From the NCBI GenBank assembly GCA_036785375.1, contig JAWMAR010000030.1, forward strand, positions 6,076,001-6,140,000: a DNA stretch of 64,000 nt. The letters are read 5' to 3'. Below, piece by piece: positions 13,901 to 25,900 of this stretch; position 1 is the first letter of the stretch, and the number at the start of each line of letters is the position of its first letter. The position numbers and the translations under genes were made by a program. This DNA is from Leucoraja ocellata (taxonomy: Eukaryota). Under the pieces are notes generated by a model. That model was given only the letters and a program-made list of their open reading frames with translations, did not search any database and was not told where the DNA came from.

Positions 13901-16900
13901 CAGAATTTCTGGCAGTCTTAACTGACTCCATATTCCATCGTCATTATTGATTTTTAATCCCCCAGATTGCATTTTCTTTTGCTATCTTTTATCCTATTAT
14001 CTCTTCTACCCCTTGTTCCATCACAGATGTTTTTGTTTTCTCCCCACCTCCTTCTGTTCTTTGTGTTTTATCTTTAATTGTTTGATCTGAAATGTTAACT
14101 CCAAACATAGGCTACTTTAGCACTTTTTCTACTTTTCAACATCAACACAATTTTTATGTTGTTTGTATGTATTTCTTTATTGCAGACGCTGTTTCAACCT
14201 CAGACCAGCTTTTACAATAATCTGGCCAAGGAGTGTGTGGCACAAGGCTGCTGTGTGGATCTCTTCCTATTCCCTAATCAATATGTTGATGTGGCAACCT
14301 TGGGACTGGTTACATATCAGACGGGAGGTTCCATTTACAAGTACACATACTTCCAGGTAATGTTTGTCGGATTACTGTAGTTGCAGAGAATTTTTGCAGC
14401 TCTCATTCACAAAGGCTTGGTATAGAAGTGGCCTCATCAATGTAAAATTATCAAACTTTTCTGAGAAACATGCACTCTTCACGTCACAAGTAATGCGCTC
14501 GCCTATTAAAAGATAACTGGCGTGAAGGTCTAATTTGGAGATGCATTACTTGGAAAAAACTGCAGCATAAATATTTTTTTTTAAATTTAGGATTTGAGAG
14601 CAAAAATATCAATTTTTCTGGAAACATCTAGGTCTATTGTGCCTGTGGAATTCAGATTCCTTCGGAGTATTGTGTGCAGGTTGTACCTGTCGTACTGCTG
14701 ATTGGATGTAACAGCTGTGGGTAGTTTCCATTACAAAGCCCTTGCAAGCTCTTTCCAAAGTTGTTGCACCCAAGGATATTTGAAGGGTTCAAACCGTTAT
14801 TCCCTTTGGGAATTTTCTGCTGTTATTTGTTTGTCCAGGGATTGCTCTTACATACTTAAATAATGCCACAAACAGCCAAAGCATTTAGCTTTCCCTCTGT
14901 GTTGGTGAGAATCTGTACCCAATGCTTGGTTATTGAGCTGCCTGTAAAGAGCGAGTACTTGATTGCGTTTCGAAAGCTCTGAGCAAGCCACAAACATGCA
15001 GTGGGATTTGGATAATTTTACCCACCCATTCTGTCGGAATGGAATTAATACAGCCTAGACTTTCTAGGCCATACCATGTCAGCTTCCAACTAGCAAGAAC
15101 TTTCATTGATATAACTCTCATCTTGTATTTTGAGATTGCCGGGAAAACTTAAATAGATGTTTTTTTAGAGAAATGTTATGGGTCTTGAGAGTTAAGGAAC
15201 AGTTTGGAATTCCAGTTGCCTCTTTTGGTCATTGCAGTGTATATGCTGTCATGCTCTTATCATTGTACTAGATTATCACCTAGTTTAAATTGTGAAGTAA
15301 CAGTACACGTTGGTGTGGAATGATAGCATTTTGATTATTAGCTCGTTGACAATCTGATGTGTGTTGCACAAGTGTAAATCCTGCCGCAGCAATTGGGAAA
15401 TGCATAATTGTGATCTGCCATATGACACTGCTACCAGATTGTCATACATGTGGATGAAGCTCACTGAGGGGAAGAATTGTTTCTTTCAAACCTGCATGTT
15501 ACTCCAGACCATGACCACTGAAGTGGTTTAGCTTTTAACGTTTGGTGCAGTGGAATCATTAAATAACTGGATTGATATCCAAAGGCCTGACAGCCAGATA
15601 ATTTAAAATTTAATATTTAAATAATTATGCTTTAAAAAGCTAATGTTAACGGTAATGTGGAACCACAGGGTTCCCCAGGTTAAGATAAGCTGACTTACAA
15701 AATCTGACTTTGCACAAGTTTGCACATTTTTAGGGCTTTGTTTCATAATATTCATTAATGATGAGATACAGCATATATGCCAATAGTTTAATTCTAGGTA
15801 GTGTGAGGTTGACTATTAAATGAAATGAAGAAATAATATTAAGTGCATCAAGAGCAATATGATATGGATAGCAATAAAAAATGAACACTCCTGGCTTGCG
15901 AAGAAATCATTCTCTGGAATGGAACCGTTAATGTAACCCTGGACTGATTGCAGTACAAAATTCCATCTGCTTCACTGATGATTGCTGAGCTTCTTTGCAT
16001 TAGAACTAGTGAAGAGTTTTTTAAATCACCACCAAAATTCAATCTTATTGCCTAGCAGACATGGGAGCTAAGTGATTTATCCCTGCTTCTCTTTGTATTT
16101 ATTTTTACTTTTTCCTTGGTATTTCATATGCTTTTTAAAATTTTTATTGGAGAAACAATAATTTGTTTTTGGAGACAGCTGAAGGATTGGCGATCCAGTT
16201 TTTTACATCCATAATCTAATTACACAACCTGTTTTGAATATATATATATTTTTTAAATTGTTGAATTAATGATGTTAGTTGTCATGAAAAAAGCAATAAA
16301 TGAAGCAAGGACAATAAATGCATTGGTATCTGAACATTAGAATAAATTGTACCTTTCATTTCTTTCTCAGGCTATTTAACCCTGAGCATGCTGACTAATT
16401 CCCAGTTTGTGTTCTATTCAACTATACGTATTCTCTACCCTTAATTTTTTGCAAGCTCATTATCAAGTAGTTTTATTCCGAGTGAATTACTTAAACTAAA
16501 CTTTGAAAAGCAAAACCAACTAGCATTTTCTTAATGTGCAGATATTTAAAGTATTTTTTCTCCAACTAGGCACAAGCAGATGGTGAGCGATTCCTAAATG
16601 ATCTACACAGAGATGTTAGAAAAGTGATTGGGTTTGATGCTGTGATGAGGGTGCGCACAAGTACAGGTATGTTGGTTTGTTAATTGATATACTATAATTG
16701 GTATACGTTTTGAAATTATCTTGTGAGGAGGTGATAGTCCAGAGTACAAATTCAACAGCTTCATACTTGTGTGACCTTTGCACTTAAAAATGTTTCTCAA
16801 GGAGTATGCTTTCCCAGCCACTGACTTGTTTTCATGCATGTATGTTGCTGAACCTAGTATGCATTTCCAATTTATAGGTATGAATAGTTGCATTAAATAG

Positions 16901-19900
16901 CAACATAAGCTTCTGAATGTAAGTTGAATTATTCAAAATTAAATGGTGATCAACAGAAACTAATCTGCAAAGTGCTGATAGTGGAAATGCGTTGTATTAT
17001 TGATAGTCAAGTCAAGAGATTTTATTGTCATGTGTCCCAGATAGGACAATGAAATTCTTGCTTTGCTTCAGCACAACAGAATATAGAAGGCATGAATACA
17101 GAACAGATCAGTGTGTCCATATACCATTGTATAAATATATACACACATGAGTAAATAAAACAGATAAAGTGCAAATAAACTGATAATGGGCTATTAATGT
17201 TCAGAGTTTTGTTTGAGTTGAGTTCAATAGCCTGATGGCTGTGGGGAAGAAGCTGTTTCTGAACCTGGACGTTGCAGTCTTCAGGCTCCTGTACCTTCTA
17301 CCTGAAGGTAGCGGGGAGATGAGTGCGTGGCCAGGATGATGTGGGTCCTTGATGATGCTGCCAGTCTTATATGGTTTTAATCTGAAAGCATTTGTGTCGG
17401 ATGAATAATAAAATTGATTTGTATCTTACTCAGTTATTAGCCAAAAAATAATCTATTTGGTGTTTAAAAGGAATTCAGCTTTATTTCAAGAATATACACC
17501 ATCTTAAATATTTATTTCCTGATTGTAAATTTGTGTTGTCACTTTTGCCTTGTAATCAGTGAAAATGAAACCCTCTTGTGGAAAGAATTCCTATTGAGGC
17601 ACTAGATATTTATGTTTGATGCCTGACTCCTGCTGCGGTATGTATTGTGGGATTGTGCTAGTTAAAAAACAAAACAAAACCTGCAGATGTAACAGTTAAG
17701 ATTAATTGTTGGATAAGTGGAGACTGAAGCTCATTTCTGTGTGTTTCATCTGGAGAAAATAAACTGCTTTGATTCCAGGGATTAGAGCAACTGATTTCTT
17801 TGGCTCGTTCTACATGAGTAACACAACTGATGTGGAGTTGGCGGCATTAGACTGTGATAAAACCATCACGGTGGAATTCAAACATGATGATAAATTGAAT
17901 GAAGATAGTGGAGCTCAAATTCAGGTGAGAATTTTGCATGATTGCTGTGACTATTCATTTTAAACTTGTAGCTTTTTTTTTGAAGATTTATAAATGCTTA
18001 AAAATTAGGGGAATTTTGAATTATTTTATTTGGTGATGCTGCTTGCCACTCCTTTCCTGTACCTAGTTCTCTGGGTCCACTACTATTGATATTCCATCTT
18101 CAGAATTGTGGCACTACAGCTTTCTACTGACCACATTATTAGTGATTGGTATTTAACTACCTCATTTATGCATCCTAGTCATTGTCAGGATAAAAATACA
18201 ATTTTCATTGTTTGCTTATAACTCTCTAATATCTACTGTAGGCCTCAGTGAATTGCCACCATAACATGAATATATGCTCTCCATCTGTGTAATCTGATCT
18301 GGACTAAGTACTTTGACCAGAGCACTCTACAATTGAGCACATTGTACTGTGGTGTACTTCGTTTGTTATTAACCCAGTTATATTATTTTGTTTGCATCAT
18401 TGATTAAATATACTTTAAAAGAAGTATAATAGCTAATGTGAGAAACAGTTAGAATCTCGACACAGCAGTTTGGTGAGGACCAGATAATACGAAGAGCTTG
18501 TTGATTGAGGAATTGCTGAGTGGAATTTCAGAGACACTTTGATCCCCTAAAAGAACTGCAATGCTTGTCCTTCCATGAGAGAGAGAGAGCAGTTGGACTT
18601 TGGTTTAACGTTTTATCTGATTTCATTAGTTCACAGGAATGTCAGTGTATATCTTTGTACTCAAGACTACTCTGGCCTGGCACTTAATGCTCAGTCTTAC
18701 AGAGACAAAGGCTGTTTTGTATTAATGTGAATTCTTCACCCTCGATCAATTGAGTTCTACTTGTAAAATATGCCTTGCTATTGTATAACGGTGGATAATT
18801 TGCAGCTTGCATTTCTAGTGCATGGGGCCATTTAAATATTCCAGTAGGCTGATGGACATGGTCAAAACTAAAAGCTGAGTAGTGAAATCCTACGACGCAG
18901 GAAACAGCTGCTGGTTTTCAAAAAAAGGCACAAAGTGGTGGTGTAAATCGGTCAAGCAGCATCTCTGGAAAACCATTTTCTCCAGAGATGCAGCCTGACC
19001 TGCTGAGTTACTCCAGCACTTTGACAGCTTTGAAATCTGTTGTGCATGTTCCACCTCTTAGAAAGTAATTTTAGTAACACTCCGCAGTACTTTGCATGCC
19101 TCTGTATATTTTCCCTGCCTCCTGTTAATTTGGACTTTTTTTTTTTAAGTTACTATTAGGTTTGCTCCTATTTTTACATCAATCAATGCACTGATTTGTA
19201 TTCATATTCAATTTGAGTTGCAAGTACTTTGGAAGCTAAAGCTCCATGAAAAGCACGATCGATGTTTGTAGGTTCAGGTGCTACTCCAGACACTTGGAGG
19301 AAAGAATCAGATCAGACACCACTGTGTGGTAGCGAAGGAATTGATAAATAGTGTGTTTTCCATTGAGATCTCCTGTCTGCTCTCTCGGGTGGATATATAA
19401 AGATCTGGCACTATTCTGGGTGGCCAGGAAGGTGCCCAAGTGTCCCAGCCACAATATCTCCCTCATCTCCCATCACCAAAGCAGATCATATGATTATGAT
19501 GTTGCCATTTGTCAAAGCTATTGTACGTGAATTGACTATATTACAAAAATGACCGTGGTTTTAGTAAGCATTGAGTTGGGCTGTGAGGTGTTTTGGGACG
19601 TTTGAAAAGGGACGCAAAAGGTGTTTTTTTAAATGCTAGTCTGTTTTTGCGTTCTCCACATGACCACATTTCTCTGATTTTTCCTCAAGTAAATTTTGGT
19701 ATCTGTGCAGCTTTATGTATTCATGCATTTGCTGAATGAACATTTTTTTCTCGCCTTTCTCTCCTGCAGTGTGCTTTGCTCTACACCAGTTGCAGTGGAC
19801 AGAGGAGGCTACGCATACACAACCTTTCCCTTAATTGCTGTACTCAGCTTGCTGACCTGTACAGAAACTGTGAGACCGACACACTTATCAACTTCTTTGT

Positions 19901-22900
19901 AAAAATGGGTAAGGCTGCTGCTTAAATTGGCTTTATTCCAAAATTGTATTTATGTGCTTAATAATGAGATGTCTTCGGCACAACTTTATTCACCTTGCCT
20001 TGTAAAATGATGTAACTTTATTTTGAGGGAAAGGGTACGTCAGTTCTCAATTCTCTCTAAGCAAAGCACATCCATTGTGCATGAGGAGAAGATGGGTTTT
20101 ATAAGATTGCGTGGTTCTAAGACTCTGTCCAGACTGACTGATTACCTGCATTTCTGAGCGATGCTCACTCTGCATTACCCAAAGAGGCCCCTGTGCCATG
20201 GAATCGACCTCAATTTGACACCCACAGAAGATGAATGGTGAAAGAGAAAAGTGACACCACAGTTGGCTATAGAAACCATTCATCAAAATCCAAGGCTGGA
20301 TTCTGGTTTCAAATAATTGTCAGCTACCCCAAGTTCATTACATGCAAAACCCATCTATTCCTCAAATTTAATTTAATGTGCAGTTTTAAAATGAATGTCC
20401 ATTGAGTCAAACAGAGAATCCTGAAAAATCCTTGAGATTCACGTAATTTATTAGCTAGATAAAAAAAGTACTGTTGTCCAGCTAATTGATGCTTGCTATT
20501 TAGTATGTTGGTTTCGCTTTGCTACCTTTATTGCCAGCTCATGTTTCCTTGAACAAAGCTCGTGCAGAGAAATTCTCTGTAAAGATGTTTCAAGTTGTAT
20601 GTGTGTTATCAGGCAGGATTCTTATTGCTTCAAGAAGAATTGAGAAAACATTATTTTCAAAGGTCAACAGTACATTCATGCAATACATTGCATGTGTAAC
20701 AGTAAATCATTTTAAAATTTAAAGTATTTTGTAATTAATTTGTCAGTGCCGAAGGCAGCTTTTCTTTTGTCTGTTACTAATGTGCATGCGTTTGGACACT
20801 AGGTTACTGAGGCTAAATGCAGCAGATGAAGCTTCTCTTGCTATATGTGAACAGTGCTAAACATAATAAATAATAACAAGAGTAGACCTTTCGGCTTCAG
20901 TAAAGGAAGATTAAAAAATATTGGAAATCTGAAATACAGCGGTGGAAACAAGCAGTAGGCCAGGTCGCATCTGCGGATGGGAAAAAAAATGTTTCACATA
21001 CGAGAATTTTCACAATAGTCCGAAATAGGAAAAAAAGATAGTTTTCAGAAGTAGAACTAATTTTTTTGTCTCATTTCTTACTGCCAATTTCCACCTTTTC
21101 TAGAGCAATTTGTATCTGTTCCAAGTGATAAGATAGTACAGGCTCCCACAGTTATCTTCCTCCCACCCTGTCTCCCCCTAGGTCCATTTCATTCTCCCAG
21201 ATACCTTCATGATCCTTGTTCCACTCTTCCATCCCCACCAATGCCTTATGGCATTGCCCATACAACTACAGGAAACACAACACCTGTTCTTCAGACTCTT
21301 TCCCAAAATGTGATCTCCATTATGATGGAGAAACCAAATGCAGATTGGTTCATTGCTTTGGAGACCAGTTGCATTCAGTCTGTAGGACTGCCACTTTAAT
21401 TCACAATCACACACCCATACTAACCTATGTATCTGTAGCCTCCTAGACTATTCACCAGCATCTGACTGGACATTTCTCATTTAGGTCCTGATTGATTGAT
21501 CCCTTGTTTTGTGACTGACACCCCCCCCCCCCCCCCCCCAAGTACTAACCAGGGGAAATGTGTGAAGAATATTCAAGCCCTAAAGAGAACATGCATTTTC
21601 ATTATGATTACCTACCATTTTTCTCAAACTCACAGATTATAGGTCATCTATTTAATCACTCTTTGCAGAAACCAATCCAATACTATCACTGCAATCTCTC
21701 TAATACACTTCATCTTTGGGTAGGAAGACCTGAACTAGACATGCAATTCCGTATTTGGTCTCCATCTGTCCCTCTCAGCAAGGCATATTTACTGTGTTCT
21801 GATCTGATTGTTGTAAAGTACAACCTACAGTTTTTTCTAATTATGATGTAGTTTCCTTATTGCTTTCCTATTGAACCATGTACAAGCATACCTGGTCTCT
21901 GAATAGCTAAACTCTTCAAATGTTGAGCTAAATTTTCTAATTTTCTGCCAGAATTGATGGCATCATTTTTTTTTTCTTTCCTTAAACAATCCCCGTGAAA
22001 CCTTGCATTTATGTTCTACACAGCAATTAATTGGAAAGGTTATTTAGCAACATGAAAAATATATATTTTCCCTAGATCCAGTAATCTTTGTTCTTTTATT
22101 CATCATCTTCATAAATGTAAAAATAAAAATAATTTTCCTCGTGTTTTATCAACACTTGAGCATATTAACAGCATGGAGGATTAGTGAACCCCAATGAATT
22201 ATGATGATACTTATCATCCATGTTCCCTTGAGGGGAAACTTGATGGTTTCCAGATTGTGTCAGAATACTAATTGGATTAAGATATTGATCTGCACAGCAT
22301 ATATTACTTTGAAGCCTTCCATTCTCGATGTACTGTCATGTTGTTCATGCAGTTTATCTAACGGTTCAAATGTCTTATTTGCAGCTTATCGCGCTGTTCT
22401 GAATAACTCCACAAAGACTGTACGAGAGTCCTTAATTAACCAGTCTGCTCAGATTTTGGCGTGCTACCGCAAGAATTGTGCAAGTCCATCTTCGGCCGGA
22501 CAGGTAAGAGTTTTATTTTGCAAATGTAGATTGTAATTACTTCGGTTGTTATTCACCGATGGTCAGTGTTATTGACAAGACCATCATTTATTACCTCCTC
22601 AATTCCCCTTGAATGCCTTGTCAGGACTATTTTAATAAGTAAATATTGAACTGTAAATGATATTAATGAACCACATCTGGTTTTATGACAATCCAATAGT
22701 TTTGTGCTTATTGGCCTTTCATTTCAGATTCATTATTCCCATTTAATTTTCCCTTGGTGGGATTAAAACATTGGAATCCAGGATTTTTGTTACATGACTA
22801 CTAAACAAGATTATTATGTGATTTTTACACCTTATACTTAGAGAGGAACATAGCATGAGCGTGATAATCTTTGTACTGGTATTTTGGAGCATTTCTAATG

Positions 22901-25900
22901 AAATCTTGTGAATTTATCATTAACAATGCTGCATTGGTGCTTTTCTCCACATTTGCCACTTTCTTTAATCTCGTTTGTTCCTTGTATTTTACAAGTAACT
23001 GATTATCCTAGGGTGATGCAGCTGGTCGAGCTGCTGCCTCTCACCACCAAAGACCCAGGTTCGATCCTGACCTCTGGTGCTGTCAGTGTGAAGTTTGCCC
23101 ATTCTTCCTCTGGGTTTCTGCTGGATGATCTGGTTTCCTTCCAAAGATGTGTGGCTTTGTAAACCAATTGACCCCAGTTAAAAAAACAAACAAAAAAAAC
23201 GTCATTATATGTAGGGGTGAGAAAGTGGCATAACGGAGAATTAGTTGAACGGGAGATCGGTGGTCAATGTGGACTTAGTGGTCCGAAACGCCTGTTTCCA
23301 TGCTGTATCTCTAAACTAACCTAAATGTCTGTAATTCAATATTTGCACCAGATGATTCCCCTGCTTTAATTTCCCTCTGTGAAGAACATAATTTGTTGAA
23401 GCTGTTTAAATATTAATACAGATTGCATGCTAAATTTTTGTTCTTGATTGGATGGGAGCATGTACTCGACACCTTACCTGGAACTTCTTGAATAAGCCCC
23501 TGCAAATGTCAGGGTGGCTCTGGAAGGAAAGGACAACACCAGATGTGTGGCATCAGCTGTAACGCAAAGAGGGAATTCTTGATGTGAGGAAAAATTGGAA
23601 ACCCAATTTAAAAAAACAGTTGAAAAATATAGAGCCTCGGAGTTGAAGGTCTTTGCATTCAACCAAATCATTGATCCTATCTGGATTCCCTTGTGGGTCT
23701 TTTTTATATTAGTAGCCATATTGTGCAGTGATTTGTTTTGTACTCTCACCAGCTTTCTGATGTTTAACAACTTACCCAGTCAGAAATAGTAATTTTAAAC
23801 CTGAAAAGACACGGAGTACTAGAGTAACTCAGCAGGTCAAGCAGCATCTCTGGAGAACATGAATTAGGTGACGTTTCTGGCTGGGACACTTCTTCTAAAG
23901 AAGGGTCCCAACCTAAAATGAAACTATCAATTTTCTCCAGAGATGCTGCCTAACCCACTGAGTTACTCCAGCACTTTGTCTTTTTTTTTAAAATCAACAC
24001 CTGCACTTCATTGTATCCACATTCAAAACATGAAACCTCATTCCGATTCCCTTTACTTTTTCAGCTGTAAAGCAACAAGTGCCAGTTCTCCAAAGTGTTT
24101 GTAATTTTCTATAAAATTCTTGTGTTGGAAATTAGTATTACTAATAAGTGATCTGCCCATCTCAAATTGCCCCTTGATAGAGTGGCTCATTAGACCATTT
24201 CAGAGGACGTTTAGCAGTCAACCGAATTGCTATGGAACTGCAGTCACAGACAGGCCAGGTAGAATCTTTGCTTGACCAGCTCATTAGCCCAATTACAACC
24301 AATGAGTCCACCCCTGGCCTATTCACTATACCTTTCTTGCTGTACCTTTTTTTCCTAGCTGATTCTACCAGAGTGCATGAAGCTACTGCCTGTGTACCTG
24401 AACTGTGTATTGAAGAGTGATATTCTACAGCCTGGAGCTGACGTTTCTACTGACGATCGGGCCTACATCCGTCACCTCATTGCAAGTATGGATGTATCTG
24501 AAACCAACGTGTTCTTCTACCCTAGGGTTTTACCTGTGGTAAGTAACAATTCATGTAGTTAATGTACAATCCATGGTTTTGTGCTGCAGTGAAATGCCGA
24601 TACCCTTTCCTACAAGGTTCACTTCAATTTTCTGTTACGTTGCCCCAATGATCATGGTTGATCTTTGCTGGCCTCCTCTGCTCCTTCCCCCATGCCATTT
24701 CCCACTGACCCACAATTCTTCAAACTTTCAAATATTTATTTTCACATAACTCTTATGATTTGGTCTTCATCTTCAAGGGTAGAGAATTCCATGGGTTTGT
24801 TACAAAGAATGTCTGCATCAGTTTTAAATGATTGACCTCTTATTTCGTAGCTATATCCCATTGTTCATGATACTTCCACGAGTAAAAACATATCAGCATC
24901 TACTTTGTCAAGCCTCATAAAGATATTCCATGTTTAAAAAAAATCACCCTTCATTCTTTTAAATTACAAGGTATACAAATCTAACTAGTCCAACCTCTCT
25001 GAAAAGGACAAAGCCAGGAATTAATTGGTGACGTTCCTTTGGGCTGCCTCCAATGCTACTGTGTTTTTAAAGTCATACGACCCACATAACTCCAGGTGTG
25101 GCCCCCTTCATCATGCTGTGGAACTGTATCAAAACCGCCCTATTATTAAACTTCAACTCGTTTGTAATAAAGGCTAACTTGCCGTTTGCCACATGAAATA
25201 CTTGTTGGACCTGCCTGCTAATCCTTTGAAAATGCACTGTAACACGTAGACCTAACCCATTTGCAATCTCTCTCCATTTGGATGACCTGCCTTGTGATTT
25301 CTCTTACCAAAGTGAATGAACTTGCACTACCTGACTTTAAATTCCACTTGACAATATTTTTGACCATTCATCCAATCTCTCTTTCGTGCCATTGCAACAG
25401 CACCATGCACTCATTACAACATGCCCTTCCATCTATTGTCATATTGCCAAATTTAGGAATGCTGCATTTGTTCCCTTCTACAGATCATGAATATAACTAG
25501 AGGGCCAAGAACTCCACTAGTTACTGCCCTCCAACTTGAAAGAGACCGATATACTAAGTTTGTTTTCTATGGGAGAACTAGTTCTCAATCCATGCTAACA
25601 CACTTCAGCAAATACCATGGCCCTACATTTTATGATCTGTCCTTTGGTATGGAAGCTTGTCAAATGTCTTTGTGAAATTTAAATACACTATATCCACATG
25701 TTCACCTCTACCAACATTACCCTCCTATCTAGTTTCAGCATTTTGCATTTCCTTTAATTTAAATTTGTTCAGAGCTATATATTCAAATTCAAATTCAGTT
25801 AGTGCAAAACCAGTTTTAAGCTGTATAACTAAAGTAATACATGTGATATCAGTTTTTAGGCTTTGGAAACAGGCCCTTCGGCCCACTGAGTTCATGCTGA

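Noticed and set aside
23010-23100. tRNA gene
   Set aside because: A/B-box-like head continues into a SINE body; no complete cloverleaf
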